A stretch of 64,000 nucleotides of DNA from an uncultured Acidobacteriota bacterium (GCA_963700145.1 OY969474.1:1440001-1504000), one strand, 5' to 3'. Counted from the stretch's first letter, positions 9,156 through 19,941 are shown. Notes: generated by a model not told the origin, from the sequence alone. Translations and numbers: made by a program.

Positions 9156-9225
9156 CTGTCCTCCTCCCGGGGGCGGGTCTCCGCCAATCTACGCGGAGGA
9201 GGCGGGCGCGGTTTCGCGGCGCGGG

Positions 9226-10200
9226 CTACAGCGGGACGGGCACGCCGCCCACCACCCGTTCGATCGCGGCGCGGGCGGCGTCGAGGTCGGGGGTGCCGCG
9301 GCGGAGGGCGACGCGGTGGGCGAGGACGGTCGGCGCCAAGCGCTGGACGTCGTCGGGGATGGCGTAGCTGCGGCCCTCGCAGAGGGCGAGAGCTTGCGTC
9401 GCGCGGTAGAGGCTCTGGGTGCCGCGGGTCGAGACGCCGAGCATGAACTCGCCGCCGCTGCGGGTGGCCTCGGCGAGCGCCAGGATGTAGTCGGCGAGCT
9501 TCTCCGGCACGCGCACGGCCGCGACCCGCCGCTGCAGCTCCAGGAGCTCCTCCTTCGTCACCACCGGCCGCAGCTCCTCGAGCACCGCCTCGACGCCGCC
9601 GGAGAGGAGCAGCTCCCGCTCGTCGGTGCGCGGCGGGTAGCCGAGGCGCAGGCACATGAGGAAGCGGTCGAGCTGCGACTCCGGCAGCGGGAAGGTTCCC
9701 TGGTACTCCAGCGGGTTCTGGGTCGCCAGCACCAGGAAGGGGTCCGGCAGGGTGTAGCGCTTGCGCTCGACCGAGACCCGCCCCTCGCTCATCGCCTCCA
9801 GGAGGGCCGACTGCGTCTTCGGGGTGGCGCGGTTGATTTCGTCGGCCACCAGCACGTGGGCGAAGAGCGGCCCGGGGATGAACTCGAAGGCCTGGGTCTT
9901 CTGGTTGAAGATCGAGACGCCGATGATGTCGGAGGGCAGGAGGTCGCTGGTGAACTGGATACGCTGGAAGGCGAGCCCGAGCGAGCGGGCGAAGGCCTGG
10001 GCGAGCGTGGTCTTCCCCACTCCCGGCACGTCCTCGACCAGCACGTGGCCGCGGGCCAGCAGGCAGACCGTAGTCAGGCGGATCGCCTCGCGCTTGCCGC
10101 GCAGGACGCGCGCCACGTTGTCCTCCAGGCGCTGGATGGGGAGGGCGGCCTCCGGGGCGTCCACGGCGACGGCGGCGAGCGGGCGTTCCATGGTGGCCAT
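9226..10200 (-). CDS. MoxR-family AAA+ ATPase
   Basis: EDVPGVGKT, RIQFTSDLLPSD, DEINRA, ATQNP, PLPESQLDRF; start at MATMERP. Confidence 0.95.
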   Translation of the reverse strand: MATMERPLAAVAVDAPEAALPIQRLEDNVARVLRGKREAIRLTTVCLLARGHVLVEDVPGVGKTTLAQAFARSLGLAFQRIQFTSDLLPSDIIGVSIFNQKTQAFEFIPGPLFAHVLVADEINRATPKTQSALLEAMSEGRVSVERKRYTLPDPFLVLATQNPLEYQGTFPLPESQLDRFLMCLRLGYPPRTDERELLLSGGVEAVLEELRPVVTKEELLELQRRVAAVRVPEKLADYILALAEATRSGGEFMLGVSTRGTQSLYRATQALALCEGRSYAIPDDVQRLAPTVLAHRVALRRGTPDLDAARAAIERVVGGVPVPL

Positions 10201-10288
10201 CGCGGGATTGTACGGTGCAGCCCGGGGGGAGCGTTGGCGCCGACTTTGTGGTAGCGTAAACAAGGCATAAATGACCGGGGCGCAAAGT

Positions 10289-10317
10289 TTGACCCCCCGT
10301 TTTCCGTCTTCTACGAT
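10289..10317 (+). promoter_or_regulatory. sigma70 promoter of recA
   Basis: TTGACC-17 bp-TACGAT; SD GAGGAG before ATG 10348. Confidence 0.7.
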
Positions 10318-10347
10318 GCGAGGGCGGTCCGCCGCCGAGAGGAGCCC

Positions 10348-11385
10348 ATGTCCGAGCCCAGAATCGACCGTCTGAAGTCCATCGAAAACGCCGTGCAGCA
10401 GATCGAGAGGCAGTTCGGCAAGGGCTCGATCATGCGCCTCGGGGCGCGCGAGCACCTGGCCGTCGAGGCCATCCCCACGGGGTCGCTGGCCGTCGACTAC
10501 GCGATCGGCATCGGCGGCTTCCCGCGCGGCCGGGTGGTCGAGATCTACGGCCCGGAGTCTTCCGGTAAGACGACCCTGGCGCTCTCGGTCGTCGGCCAGG
10601 CGCAGCGCAAGGGGGGGATCGCCGCCTTCATCGACGCCGAGCACGCCCTCGACGCCGAGTACGCCAAGAAGCTCGGCGTCGACATCGACAACATGCTGGT
10701 CTCGCAGCCGGACAGCGGCGAGCAGGCCCTGGAGATCGCCGAGATGCTGGTGCGCAGCAACTCGGTGGACGTGGTGGTCATCGACTCGGTGGCGGCGCTG
10801 GTGCCCAAGGCCGAGCTCGAGGGGGAGATGGGGGACTCGCACGTCGGGCTGCAGGCGCGGCTCATGTCGCAGGCCCTGCGCAAGCTGACGGCGATCGTCG
10901 CCAAGTCCCAGACCTGCCTCGTCTTCATCAACCAGATCCGCGAGAAGATCGGGGTCATGTTCGGCAACCCCGAGACCACGACCGGCGGCCGCGCGCTCAA
11001 GTTCTACTCCTCGCTGCGCATCGACATCCGGCGCATCGCCGCGCTCAAGGACGGCGAGGAGGTCACCGGCGCGCGCGCCAAGGTCAAGGTGGTCAAGAAC
11101 AAGCTCGCCGCGCCCTTCCGCCAGGCGGAGTTCGACATCGACTACGGCGAGGGGATCTCGCGCCCGGGCGAGCTGGTCGACCTGGGCGTCGAGCACAAGC
11201 TGGTGGTCAAGAGCGGCGCCTGGTACAGCTACGGCGACGTTCGCATCGGCCAGGGGCGCGAGAACGCCAAGCAGTTTCTACGCGACAACCCGGACCTGGC
11301 CGACGAGCTGGAGGCGCGCCTGCGCGAAAAGATGGGCATGCCCGCCGCCACCCAGCGCGCGGCGGTCGCGGCGGCGGCCGAGTAA
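10348..11385 (+). CDS. recA: Recombinase RecA
   Basis: [50 protein letters not shown]. Confidence 0.99.
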   Translation: MSEPRIDRLKSIENAVQQIERQFGKGSIMRLGAREHLAVEAIPTGSLAVDYAIGIGGFPRGRVVEIYGPESSGKTTLALSVVGQAQRKGGIAAFIDAEHALDAEYAKKLGVDIDNMLVSQPDSGEQALEIAEMLVRSNSVDVVVIDSVAALVPKAELEGEMGDSHVGLQARLMSQALRKLTAIVAKSQTCLVFINQIREKIGVMFGNPETTTGGRALKFYSSLRIDIRRIAALKDGEEVTGARAKVKVVKNKLAAPFRQAEFDIDYGEGISRPGELVDLGVEHKLVVKSGAWYSYGDVRIGQGRENAKQFLRDNPDLADELEARLREKMGMPAATQRAAVAAAAE

Positions 11386-11493
11386 GAGTTGTACGAACGC
11401 TACTGCGACCCCGACCGCATCGGCTGCCGGCGCGAAGAGATCCGGCGCGAGCACTGCGGAACGTTCCTCGACGGCCTCGCCTGACGCGGGCCG

Positions 11494-13476
11494 ATGCGCG
11501 CCTTCATCGTCCGCCCGTTCGGGACCAAAAGCGACATCGACTTCGACCGGGTGGAACGGGAGCTGATCGCCCCGGCGCTCGACGCCCTCGGGGTCGCCGG
11601 GCGGACCACGGCCGAGATCCTCAAGCAGGGCAACATCCGGGTGGACATGTTCCAGCGCCTGCTGACGGCGGACCTCGTCGTCGCCGACGCGTCGATTCAC
11701 AACGCCAACGTCTTCTACGAGTTGGGCATCCGGCACGCCCTGCGCGGTAAGCGCACCTTCCTCCTGCGCTGCGACGGCGACAAGTACCCCTTCGACCTGC
11801 AGACCGACCGCTATTTCGTCTACGGCAAGGACGACCCCGCGGCGAGCCTCGGCGAGCTGACGGAGGCGCTGCGCCGCACCCTCGCCTCCGAGGACCAGGA
11901 CAGCCCGGTCTTCCGCTCGCTCCCCAACCTGCGCCCGCAGGACCGCTCCACCTTCCTCGTCGTGCCGCGCGACTTCCGCGAGGAGGTCGAACGGGCGAAG
12001 AGCGAGAAGCACCCCGGCGACCTGGAGCTGCTGGCGTACGAGGCGCGCGGGCTCGAGTGGGAGTGCGAGGGGCTGCGGCTGGTGGGCCGGGCCCAATTCG
12101 ACCTCGAGGCGATGCGCGGCGCCCGCGCCACATGGGAGGCGCTGCGCCAGCTCGGCGGCGACGACGTTGAGGCGAACCTCCGGCTGGCGACGATCCACGA
12201 GCGCCTCGAAGACCTGGTGCGTGCGGACCTGGCGGTGCAGCGCGTCCTCGATCAGGCAGAGGCGGGCCCCAAGGACCGCGCGGAGGCGCTCTCCCTCGCG
12301 GCACGGAACGCCAAGCGGCGCTGGCAGCGCGATTGGGAGGAGCTGCCCGAAGGGCGGCGGTGCGAGGAGGCCCTTCGCTCCCCCCACCTGGAGACGAGCC
12401 TAGAGGCCTACGCCAAGGCCTTCCAGGAAGACCTCAACGCCTTCTATCCCGGGCTTAACGCGGTGGCGATGCTGCGGGTGCTCACCGAGCTGGCGGCAGC
12501 GCTCCCCGAGGTCTGGTCCGACCGCTTCGACGAGCTGCAGCAGGCGGTGCCGCAGCTCGCGGCGCGGCAGCGGCAGGCGGCGGAGCTGGCGGCCGCCGTC
12601 AGGACCTCGCTCGCGGCCGAGCGGGCGCGGCTCGAGCGGAAGGGCGGGCGCGACATCTGGCTCGACCTCAGCGCGGCGGACCTGACTCTGCTGACGTCGG
12701 AACGCCCGCAGCGCGTCGCCGACGCCTACCGCAAGGCGCTCGCCGGCGCTCCCGCGTTGGCCGAGGAGGTGGCGCGCGACCAGATCGCGCTGTACGAGCG
12801 GCTCGGTGTCATGGCCGACAACGCTGCGGCGGCCCTGGCCGTCTTCCCGCCGACGGGGCCGCTCGCAGTCCACCGCCAGGAGGGGCGGATCCTCCTCTTC
12901 ACGGGACACATGATCGACAGGCCGGATCGCCAGAAGCCGCGCTTCCCGGCTACCCAGGAGGCGGAAGATGCGGCGCGAGAGGCGCTCCGGGAAGCCGTCG
13001 CACGCGAGCGCGACCTCGCGCCCATCGCCTGCGGCATCGCCGGCGGGGCGAGCGGGGGCGACATCCTCTTCCACGAGGTCTGCGCCGAGCTCGGGCTCAC
13101 CACCCACCTTTTCCTCACCCTGCCGAAGACGCAATACCTCGTCGAGTCGGTCCAGGCTGCGGGACCGGAGTGGGTCGAGCGCTTCCAGCGTCTCCACAAG
13201 GGGCAGCCGGAGGTGCGCGTGCTGGCCGACACGGCGGACCTCCCGAACTGGCTGGTGGAACGGCAGTCCGAGTACTCGATCTGGCAGCGCAACAACCTCT
13301 GGCTGCTCTACAACGCCCTCGCTGAACGGGATGAGGAGGTGGTCCTGATCGCGCTCTGGAACGGCGAGGCCGGCGACGGGCCCGGTGGGATCGCCGACCT
13401 GATGCAGCGGGCGAAGGAGCGCGGGGCCAAGGCGGTCGTGCTCGACAGCAACGCGCTGTTCGGCCTGCCCTCCTGA
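11494..13476 (+). CDS. Deoxyribohydrolase/TIR-like + TPR-S (DUF4071-like) + SLOG fusion protein
   Basis: N-terminal AFIVRPFG...[20 protein letters not shown]; helical middle with YPGLNA; C-terminal FTGHMID...[10 protein letters not shown]...RN...[14 protein letters not shown]. Confidence 0.8.
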   Translation: MRAFIVRPFGTKSDIDFDRVERELIAPALDALGVAGRTTAEILKQGNIRVDMFQRLLTADLVVADASIHNANVFYELGIRHALRGKRTFLLRCDGDKYPFDLQTDRYFVYGKDDPAASLGELTEALRRTLASEDQDSPVFRSLPNLRPQDRSTFLVVPRDFREEVERAKSEKHPGDLELLAYEARGLEWECEGLRLVGRAQFDLEAMRGARATWEALRQLGGDDVEANLRLATIHERLEDLVRADLAVQRVLDQAEAGPKDRAEALSLAARNAKRRWQRDWEELPEGRRCEEALRSPHLETSLEAYAKAFQEDLNAFYPGLNAVAMLRVLTELAAALPEVWSDRFDELQQAVPQLAARQRQAAELAAAVRTSLAAERARLERKGGRDIWLDLSAADLTLLTSERPQRVADAYRKALAGAPALAEEVARDQIALYERLGVMADNAAAALAVFPPTGPLAVHRQEGRILLFTGHMIDRPDRQKPRFPATQEAEDAAREALREAVARERDLAPIACGIAGGASGGDILFHEVCAELGLTTHLFLTLPKTQYLVESVQAAGPEWVERFQRLHKGQPEVRVLADTADLPNWLVERQSEYSIWQRNNLWLLYNALAERDEEVVLIALWNGEAGDGPGGIADLMQRAKERGAKAVVLDSNALFGLPS

Positions 13477-13477
13477 C

Positions 13478-14245
13478 TCAGCGCAGCGCCGGCAGCCGCG
13501 CCTCGTCGGAGAAGAGGATCGCGGTCAGGTCGCGCACCAGGTTCTCGCCGGAGAGGTGGGGGTCGTCGATGCCGAGCTTGGCGCGGTAGGCGGCGCCGAC
13601 CTCCTCCATCAGGTCGTAGCGCGCGCTCTCCTCGAGGGCGTCGGCGCGCAGGCAGAGGGCGAGGAGGAACTCCCGCTCCGCGAGGCCGATGCGGTGGCGG
13701 ATCAGGCGCAGCACCCGCCGCGTGCGCAGGCTGTTGAACTGGCGCGGGCGGCCGAGCGCCGCGGGGCTCAGCGGCCGGGCGCGCGCCTCCTGCACGACCA
13801 CGGTGTCGGCCAGCAGGTCGCCGAGCCGCCGGCGCTCGCGGTCGAGCAGGCAGGCGGCGCCGCCGACGCCGTAGAAGACGGGCAGGAAGTCGAGGGCGCG
13901 CACGGCGTTGCGCGCCAGCGACTGCTGCCAGGTGAGCGGCAGGCCGTGGCCGTCCACCACCCGCAGGCCGAGCAGGCGCTTGCCCCAGGTCCGGCCCTGC
14001 CGCCGCACCTCGAACCAGAGGTGGTAGGCCCAGGTCAGCACGAAGCTCAAGGTGATCGCCAGTGCCTGCCCGATCCCCCACGGCAGCCGCGCCAGGGCCG
14101 CCGCGAGCATGACGGTGAACGCCAGGATCACCCCGGCGTCCACCAGCAGGGCGAGGAAGCGGCTGGCGAGCCCCGCCGGCACCAGACGCAGCTCGACGTG
14201 CTCGGGGGTAAGCACCACCCGCTCGCGGCGGCGCGCGGCGCTCAC
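13478..14245 (-). CDS. RDD-family membrane protein
   Basis: GTG start overlapping the upstream stop; TPEHVEL, AGLASRFLALLVD, GRTWGKRLLGLRVV, RLGDLLADTVVV. Confidence 0.9.
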   Translation of the reverse strand: MSAARRRERVVLTPEHVELRLVPAGLASRFLALLVDAGVILAFTVMLAAALARLPWGIGQALAITLSFVLTWAYHLWFEVRRQGRTWGKRLLGLRVVDGHGLPLTWQQSLARNAVRALDFLPVFYGVGGAACLLDRERRRLGDLLADTVVVQEARARPLSPAALGRPRQFNSLRTRRVLRLIRHRIGLAEREFLLALCLRADALEESARYDLMEEVGAAYRAKLGIDDPHLSGENLVRDLTAILFSDEARLPALR

Positions 14246-15234
14246 GGCTCCCCCCGCCGCGCCGCAAAGAGGTAGACGACCAGGGCCGCGAAGAGGGCGG
14301 CCGCGGCGCCGACCTTGAGCGCGTAGGGCACCGCCTTCGCCGTCATCTGCGAGAAGGACCCTTCGATCAGCCCGGCCACGACCAGGATCAGCGCCGCGCC
14401 GAGCAGCATCGCCCAGAGGCTCGGCAGCGCCCGCCGCAGCGCCGCGCCGCGGCTGAGCCGGCCCGGCAGCCAAAGCGCGTGGCCGGCCACCAGCCCGGCG
14501 GCGCCGGCGAAGACGATCGCCGGCAGCTCCAGCGCCCCGTGCGGTCCGACCCAGGCGAGGAAGAAGAGCTGCACGCCGTCGAGGAGGTAGAGGCCGGCCA
14601 CCGCGCCGAGCACGACGCCGTTGTAGAAGAGGATCCAGTAGCCGCCGAGGATCGTCAGCGCGCCGAGGCTGAAGGCGAGGAGAGAGACCTTGATGTTGTG
14701 GGTGTAGAGCGAGGCGCCGAAGTAGAGCGCCTTCTCCACCGTGTCGATGCGCTCCTCCTCGCTCTCGATCCGCGCCACCCGCTCGCGCGGGCTCTCGGTG
14801 AAGAACTGGGCCGGGACGAGGTCGCGGCCGTTGCGCGGGTCCTCGAGGACGGCGGCGAAGCCGACCGCGGCGCCCAGGAGGAACGTCGCCGCCGCCGCCA
14901 GCACCAGCCGCCGCTCGCGCCGGAAGGCGGCCGGCAGCTCGAAGGCGAAGAAGCGGCGCACCGCCTCGCCCGCCGGCTGCCGCCGCCCGCCGCCGCGGTA
15001 GACGAAGCGGTAGCCGCGCGCCGCCAGCTCGTTGAGATAGCCCAGGAGCGCCGGGTTGGCGGTCGCCGAGCGCGCCTGGTTCAAGTCCGAGCAGGCCAGC
15101 CGGTAGAGCCGCACCAGCTCCTGGATGCGCTCGGCGCCGAGCTCCCACTCGGGCACCTTGTCGGCGGTCGCCAGCAGCTCCTCGAGCTGCTGCCACTGGG
15201 GCCGGCGGGCGGCGATAAAGCGCTCTACATCCAT
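14242..15234 (-). CDS. SpoIIM/DUF95-family membrane protein
   Basis: F...R...W.QLE, LYR..CSDL, NIKV, PHGALELPAI, AGLIEG. Confidence 0.9.
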   Translation of the reverse strand: MDVERFIAARRPQWQQLEELLATADKVPEWELGAERIQELVRLYRLACSDLNQARSATANPALLGYLNELAARGYRFVYRGGGRRQPAGEAVRRFFAFELPAAFRRERRLVLAAAATFLLGAAVGFAAVLEDPRNGRDLVPAQFFTESPRERVARIESEEERIDTVEKALYFGASLYTHNIKVSLLAFSLGALTILGGYWILFYNGVVLGAVAGLYLLDGVQLFFLAWVGPHGALELPAIVFAGAAGLVAGHALWLPGRLSRGAALRRALPSLWAMLLGAALILVVAGLIEGSFSQMTAKAVPYALKVGAAAALFAALVVYLFAARRGEP

Positions 15235-15248
15235 TAACTGCCCCCACC

Positions 15249-15276
15249 CAGATCCTTCGCTGCGCTCAGGATGACA
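15249..15276 (-). repeat. REP-like unit (GTCATCCTGAGCGCAGCGAAGGATCTG)
   Basis: Reverse complement of the unit at 19784-19811. Confidence 0.85.
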
Positions 15277-15286
15277 GCGGAAGCTG

Positions 15287-16591
15287 TCACAGCCGCTGCG
15301 CCCGCTTGACGTCGAGGTAGGCGTTCACCGCTTCGATCCCCGCTTCGCCGGGGGGCGTCTCGACGACCAGGGCGCCGCGCCGGCGCAGGCGGCGCACCAT
15401 CTGCTGGCGGCCGTGCCAGAGGTCGCGCGCCACGAGAGTGCGGGAGAGCTCCTCCTTGTCCGCCGGCCGCAGGCGCGCCACCGCCTCCAGCTCCGGGTCG
15501 GCGAAGAGGACGACGAGCGGCAGGTGCTGCGGCGTCAGCAGCTCGGCGGCGGCGAGGAGGTCGGCCTGCTCCTCCAGCTCCGGCAGCGCGGTCAGGATCA
15601 TCACCAGCGTGCGGTGCCGCAGCCGCCGCCGCAGGTGGGCGGCGAGCGCCAGGTAGTCGGTGTGCACCACCTCCGGCGCCAGGTCGGTGGCGTAGGCGGT
15701 CAGACGCCGGAGCTGCGTCCGCCCGCGACCCTGTGCGATCCCCTGCTCGGCCTCGGCGGCGAAGGAGAGGAGGCCGATCCGGTCCTCCATCCGGTTCGAG
15801 ATATAGGCGAGGAGGAGCGCGGCGTGGATCGCGTGGTCGAGACGGGTCAGCCGCGCCACCCGCGCCGCCATGCGGTGGCCGCGGTCGAGGCAGACGACGA
15901 TGTCCTGCGAGCGGTCGAGCCGGAACTCCTGGACGATCAGCTTGCGGTGCCGCGCCGAGGCCTTCCAGGCCACGTCGCGCAGGTCGTCGCCCTGCACGTA
16001 GTCGCGCAGGCGGTCGAACTCCCGCCCCTTGCCGAGCCGCGCCGAGGCGCGGCTGCCGAGGCCGCGCAGGGCGAAGCGGTTGAGCCGCCGATGCAGTCGC
16101 CCAACGGCCTTGAGGTTCGGCAGCACCTGCACCTCACCGGGTACCGGCAGGGCGAGCCGGCGCTCGACCAGCCCCCAGCGGGTGATCGCGGCGTAGGGCG
16201 GCGGCAGCGCCGCCCGCCCGCGCTCGACGCCGCGCACCGTGAAGCGGAAGCGCGCCAGCTCCCCGGGCCGCAGCCGCCGCGCCTCCTCGCTCGCCGCCGG
16301 CTCGAGGAGCGGCGGCCAGACCTGCCGCACGACTAGGCGGAGCGCCCGCGGCGCGTGGCTGGCGACCGCGAGCTCCACCTCCTCCGGCTCGTCGAGCGAC
16401 AGCGCCAGGCGCGCCGGCCGCTCGGCGGCGAGCCGCGCGCGGCCGAGCGACCCGGCCTCGACCGCCGCCGCCGCGCCGAGCGCCAGGACGGCGGCGGCGA
16501 GCGGCGCCGCGAGCCCCGGCAGCCAGTGCGCCGCGACGGCGGCGACTGCCAGGAGCGCCAGCAGGCGGATCGCGCGCTCGCCCGGCCGCAT
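15287..16591 (-). CDS. DUF58-family (VWA-like) protein
   Basis: GREFDRLRDYVQGDDLRDVAWKASAR; LDRGHRM. Confidence 0.92.
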   Translation of the reverse strand: MRPGERAIRLLALLAVAAVAAHWLPGLAAPLAAAVLALGAAAAVEAGSLGRARLAAERPARLALSLDEPEEVELAVASHAPRALRLVVRQVWPPLLEPAASEEARRLRPGELARFRFTVRGVERGRAALPPPYAAITRWGLVERRLALPVPGEVQVLPNLKAVGRLHRRLNRFALRGLGSRASARLGKGREFDRLRDYVQGDDLRDVAWKASARHRKLIVQEFRLDRSQDIVVCLDRGHRMAARVARLTRLDHAIHAALLLAYISNRMEDRIGLLSFAAEAEQGIAQGRGRTQLRRLTAYATDLAPEVVHTDYLALAAHLRRRLRHRTLVMILTALPELEEQADLLAAAELLTPQHLPLVVLFADPELEAVARLRPADKEELSRTLVARDLWHGRQQMVRRLRRRGALVVETPPGEAGIEAVNAYLDVKRAQRL

Positions 16592-16600
16592 CGCGTGCGC

Positions 16601-17593
16601 CTAGCGCGGCACCGGCACCTGCTCGAAGATCTGCCGCAGCAGGTCGGGCAGGTCGGCCCCCTCCATCTCGGCTTCCGGGTTGAGGGTCACGCGGTGGGCG
16701 AGCACCGGCCCCGCCATCTCCTTGACGTCGTCGGGGCTGACGAAGTCGCGCTCGCGCAGCAAGGCCAAGGCACGGCTGCTCTCGAGGAGAGCGAGCGAGC
16801 CGCGCGGGCCGGCGCCGATCTCCACCCAGTCGTGGGTGCGCGTCGCGGCGACGACTTGGAGCATGTAGGCGCGCAGGCTCTCGTCCACTCGCACCCAGCC
16901 GGGCAGCCCGCGCCGGCAGGCCAGCAGCTCCGCCGGCCCGAGCACCGGCGCCAGCTCGCGCACGCCCTCTTCCAGCAGGCGCACGCCGCCGGCGTAGGCG
17001 GCGAGCATCGCGGCCTCGGCCTCGGCGGCCGGGTAGTCGAGCGCGATCTTGAGCAGGAAGCGGTCGCGCTGCGCCTCGGGGAGCGGGTAGGTGCCCTCGA
17101 ACTCGACCGGGTTCTGGGTGGCGAAGACGGTGAAGATCGGCGACACCTCGCGGCGCACGCCGTCGAGGGTGACGGCGCTCTCCTGCATCGCCTCGAGCAG
17201 CGCCGCCTGGGTGCGCGGCGGCGTGCGGTTGATCTCGTCGGCGAGCAGCACGTCGGTGAAGATCGGCCCGGCGCGGAACTCGAACTCCTGCGTCTTCTGG
17301 TTGTAGATGTTGGTGCCCAGCAAGTCCGCCGGCATCAGGTCGGGCGTGAACTGGATGCGGCGGAAGCGGCAGTCGAGGAGGCGCGCCATCGCCAGGGCGA
17401 GGAGCGTCTTGCCGGTCCCCGGCACGCCTTCGAGCAACGCGTGGCCACCGGCCAGCAGGCAGACCAGCATCTGCTCCTTGACCCGCTCCTGGCCGAGGAC
17501 CACGCGGTCCAGCGCCTCGCGCAGCGTCCGCCACCTCGCCGCCACGTCCGCGGCGCTCAGCGCGGCCCGCGGCCCGGTGCTCGTCTCAACCAT
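16601..17593 (-). CDS. MoxR-family AAA+ ATPase
   Basis: GVPGTGKT, RIQFTPDLMPAD, DEINRTPP, ATQNPVE, YPLPEAQRDRF. Confidence 0.95.
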   Translation of the reverse strand: MVETSTGPRAALSAADVAARWRTLREALDRVVLGQERVKEQMLVCLLAGGHALLEGVPGTGKTLLALAMARLLDCRFRRIQFTPDLMPADLLGTNIYNQKTQEFEFRAGPIFTDVLLADEINRTPPRTQAALLEAMQESAVTLDGVRREVSPIFTVFATQNPVEFEGTYPLPEAQRDRFLLKIALDYPAAEAEAAMLAAYAGGVRLLEEGVRELAPVLGPAELLACRRGLPGWVRVDESLRAYMLQVVAATRTHDWVEIGAGPRGSLALLESSRALALLRERDFVSPDDVKEMAGPVLAHRVTLNPEAEMEGADLPDLLRQIFEQVPVPR

Positions 17594-18758
17594 GCTCCAC
17601 CCCCTCGAAGGCCCGGTTCAGGCGCTCCAGCCCGTCCTTGAACTCCCACGGCTTCAGGTCCGCCGCATGCTTCCCTTCCCCGCCCGGCGCCGCGGGCTGC
17701 CCGGCGTCGCCGGCGAGTGCGGCCACCCGCGCCTCCAGCGCCGCGCCGCGCAGGCCGGTGCGCAGGGCCACCGCGCCGGCGAGCGCCCGCCGGTAGAGCG
17801 CCAGCGACTCGCGCCGCGACAGCGCCCGCGCGTAGAGCTGCGCCAGCGAGTCGACGAGGTCCACCGCCTCGCGCCGGCGGTCGGGAGGCTCCGGCTCCGG
17901 CGGCCCCAGCCGCGCCCGGCCGCGCCAGAAGGCGGCGAGCGCCGCGAGGGCGGCGAGGCCGAGCGCCGGCCCCAGCCCCCAGCCGAGGAGGAGCGCGCGC
18001 ACGCCCCGCTCCTGCCCGAGGGCGTGCGCCCGCTCGTCGAAGTAGACCGGCCGGCCGCTCTCGGCCAGCGCTTCGAGGAGCCGAAGGTGGTCGGCGCGGC
18101 CGAGGTGCGCGTTCTCGAAGACCTCCGGCGCGGCGAGGGCGATCAGCTCGCCGCGGCCGACGCTCCGCCGGCTCGCCACCGCCTCCCCGCCGAGCGCGAA
18201 GAGCGCGTGCCCGAGGGGCAGCCCGGGCGCCGCCAGCACCCGCGCCGCCGGCGGCCGCAGGCGCTCGACCGCGGGCCAGAGCGGGAAGACCTTGCGCACC
18301 GCGCGCCCCGGCGGCGGCTCGGCCTCCGCCTTCGGCTTCGTCCTCGCCGTCGAGCGCACGCCGAGGGCGCCGTAGGGCGCAGCCACCGCCAGCACCAGGC
18401 GGCCGCCGCTCGCCAGCCACTCCTCCTCCTCGGCGCCGAGCAGGCCGGCAAGGGCCGCGCCGCGCGCCGGCCGCTCCTCGGCGAAGGGCGCGGCGACGTC
18501 GGGCGGCAGCAGCGGCCGGACGCGGAAGACGACGGCATCCGGCTCGACGCTGCGCAGGTCGAGCGGGCGGTGGAGCGTCGAGGCGGCGCGCCGCCGCACG
18601 AGATAGCCGTAGGCCAGCGACAGCCCGTCGTCGGCGGCGCTGTAGACCGAGCCCGGCGGGAAGGCCTGCCGCGCCGTCCGCTCCGGCGCCACCAGGAGCC
18701 AGGCGCCGCCGAAAAAGAGCACCGCGGCGAGCGCGACCGGCAGCCACCGCCCCCTCAC
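17586..18758 (-). CDS. DUF4350-like membrane-anchored protein
   Basis: GTG start coupled to the upstream stop; N-terminal TM, S.YS...DG, FEN, VYFDE, second TM then RLG; position in the cluster. Confidence 0.75.
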   Translation of the reverse strand: MRGRWLPVALAAVLFFGGAWLLVAPERTARQAFPPGSVYSAADDGLSLAYGYLVRRRAASTLHRPLDLRSVEPDAVVFRVRPLLPPDVAAPFAEERPARGAALAGLLGAEEEEWLASGGRLVLAVAAPYGALGVRSTARTKPKAEAEPPPGRAVRKVFPLWPAVERLRPPAARVLAAPGLPLGHALFALGGEAVASRRSVGRGELIALAAPEVFENAHLGRADHLRLLEALAESGRPVYFDERAHALGQERGVRALLLGWGLGPALGLAALAALAAFWRGRARLGPPEPEPPDRRREAVDLVDSLAQLYARALSRRESLALYRRALAGAVALRTGLRGAALEARVAALAGDAGQPAAPGGEGKHAADLKPWEFKDGLERLNRAFEGVEHG

Positions 18759-19789
18759 GCCGCCTCCCGCCGCCGCAGGCCTTCGAGCACCCGGTCCGCC
18801 TCCTCGCTCGCCCGCCGGTAGTCCGCCTCGGCGCTCTCGTTGCGGCCGTACCACTCCTCCTCGAAGCTGCGGGTGAGGCGGATGAAGTCGCCGCGCCAGG
18901 GCAGGGCCGGGGAGAGGGCGGCGACGTACTCCCAGTTGGTGCGCCCCTTCCGGTAGTGCAGCCAGCCGCCGGCGAAGAGCGCCACCAGCACGCCGTGGAA
19001 GCGGGCGCGGACCGCCTCGCGGAAGCGGCCGGCCGCCGCCAGCTCGGCGGCGCGCTCCTCCCACTCGCCGCCGCGGCGCGACAGCGGATCGGCGTCGGCG
19101 GCCAGCTCGAACGACGTGGGCGCGGCGGCGAACTCGGTCCGCGCGCGCCGGCCGCGGCGGAGGAAGAGGACGAGGGCGAGGAGCGCCGCGATGACGGCGA
19201 GCGCGCCGACCAGGTAACTGACCAGACGCGCGTCAAGGGCGCCGCCGCCGGCGGCGGCCGAGCGCGGGGCGCGGCGGGAGAGCCAGTCGAGAAGGGCGCG
19301 CAGCAGGCGGCCGAGCCAGCGGCCGAAGCGCTCCCCCGCCGCGTCCAGCCGCTCGCGCACGGAGCGGAAGAAGCCCGGCTCCTCGACGGCGAGCTCCGGC
19401 ACCTCGCCCCCCGCGGCCGGCATCGCCGCGGCGCGGTCACGCTGCAGGCGGGCGAGGAGCGCGGCGTCGGGAGCGGAGAGGGGCGCCGTGGCGCCCGCCG
19501 CGCCGTCCAGCGCCGCGAGCAGCCGCTCGACCGCCGCCGCGGCGCGCCGCGCCTCGTCCGGCGTCCGCGCCGCGCGCACGCGCTCGAGGAGGGAGGTGTC
19601 GGGGTAGAAGGTGCCCGCGGGGGAGGAGAAGACCGCGCCGCGCAGACCGTCCGCGGCCTGCTGCGCGGCGGCGGCGTCGCCAGAGCGCAAGGAGGCGGCG
19701 ATTCGAGTGAGGGCTTGGCCGTAGTCGTCGACTCCTTGCGCCTGGCCGGCGCTCACGGCCGGAATCAGAAAGAACAAGAGCCATGTCAT
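18755..19789 (-). CDS. DUF4129-domain membrane protein
   Basis: AAAGRFREAVR...RTNWEY...FEEEWYG. Start at ATG 19789 or 19948 (same frame). Confidence 0.8.
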   Translation of the reverse strand: MTWLLFFLIPAVSAGQAQGVDDYGQALTRIAASLRSGDAAAAQQAADGLRGAVFSSPAGTFYPDTSLLERVRAARTPDEARRAAAAVERLLAALDGAAGATAPLSAPDAALLARLQRDRAAAMPAAGGEVPELAVEEPGFFRSVRERLDAAGERFGRWLGRLLRALLDWLSRRAPRSAAAGGGALDARLVSYLVGALAVIAALLALVLFLRRGRRARTEFAAAPTSFELAADADPLSRRGGEWEERAAELAAAGRFREAVRARFHGVLVALFAGGWLHYRKGRTNWEYVAALSPALPWRGDFIRLTRSFEEEWYGRNESAEADYRRASEEADRVLEGLRRREAA

Positions 19790-19941
19790 CCTGAGCGCAG
19801 CGAAGGATCTGGGGGCAGGGGCGTTCCAGCCAACCCCCCGCCCAGATCCTTGCGGCGCCCTGTGATGGGCGCCGCTACCCGAGAGGTCGCCTGCCGGAGC
19901 AGGCGCTGATCGGAGTACGGGTTCGCTCCGCTCAGGATGAC
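19785..19941. repeat. Composite REP-like/MITE element: inverted pair with GTCATCCTGAGCG termini
   Basis: GTCATCCTGAGCG...CGCTCAGGATGAC; 19843-19941 is a near-exact reverse complement of 49966-50065. Confidence 0.9.

Noticed and set aside
10250-10347. LexA box upstream of recA
   Set aside because: No CTGT-N8-ACAG, GAAC-N4-GTTC or GTTC-N7-GTTC motif recognised.
10201-11196. N-terminal extension of the MoxR ORF (656 aa)
   Set aside because: Antisense to recA; the MoxR start at 10200 has its own -10 element.
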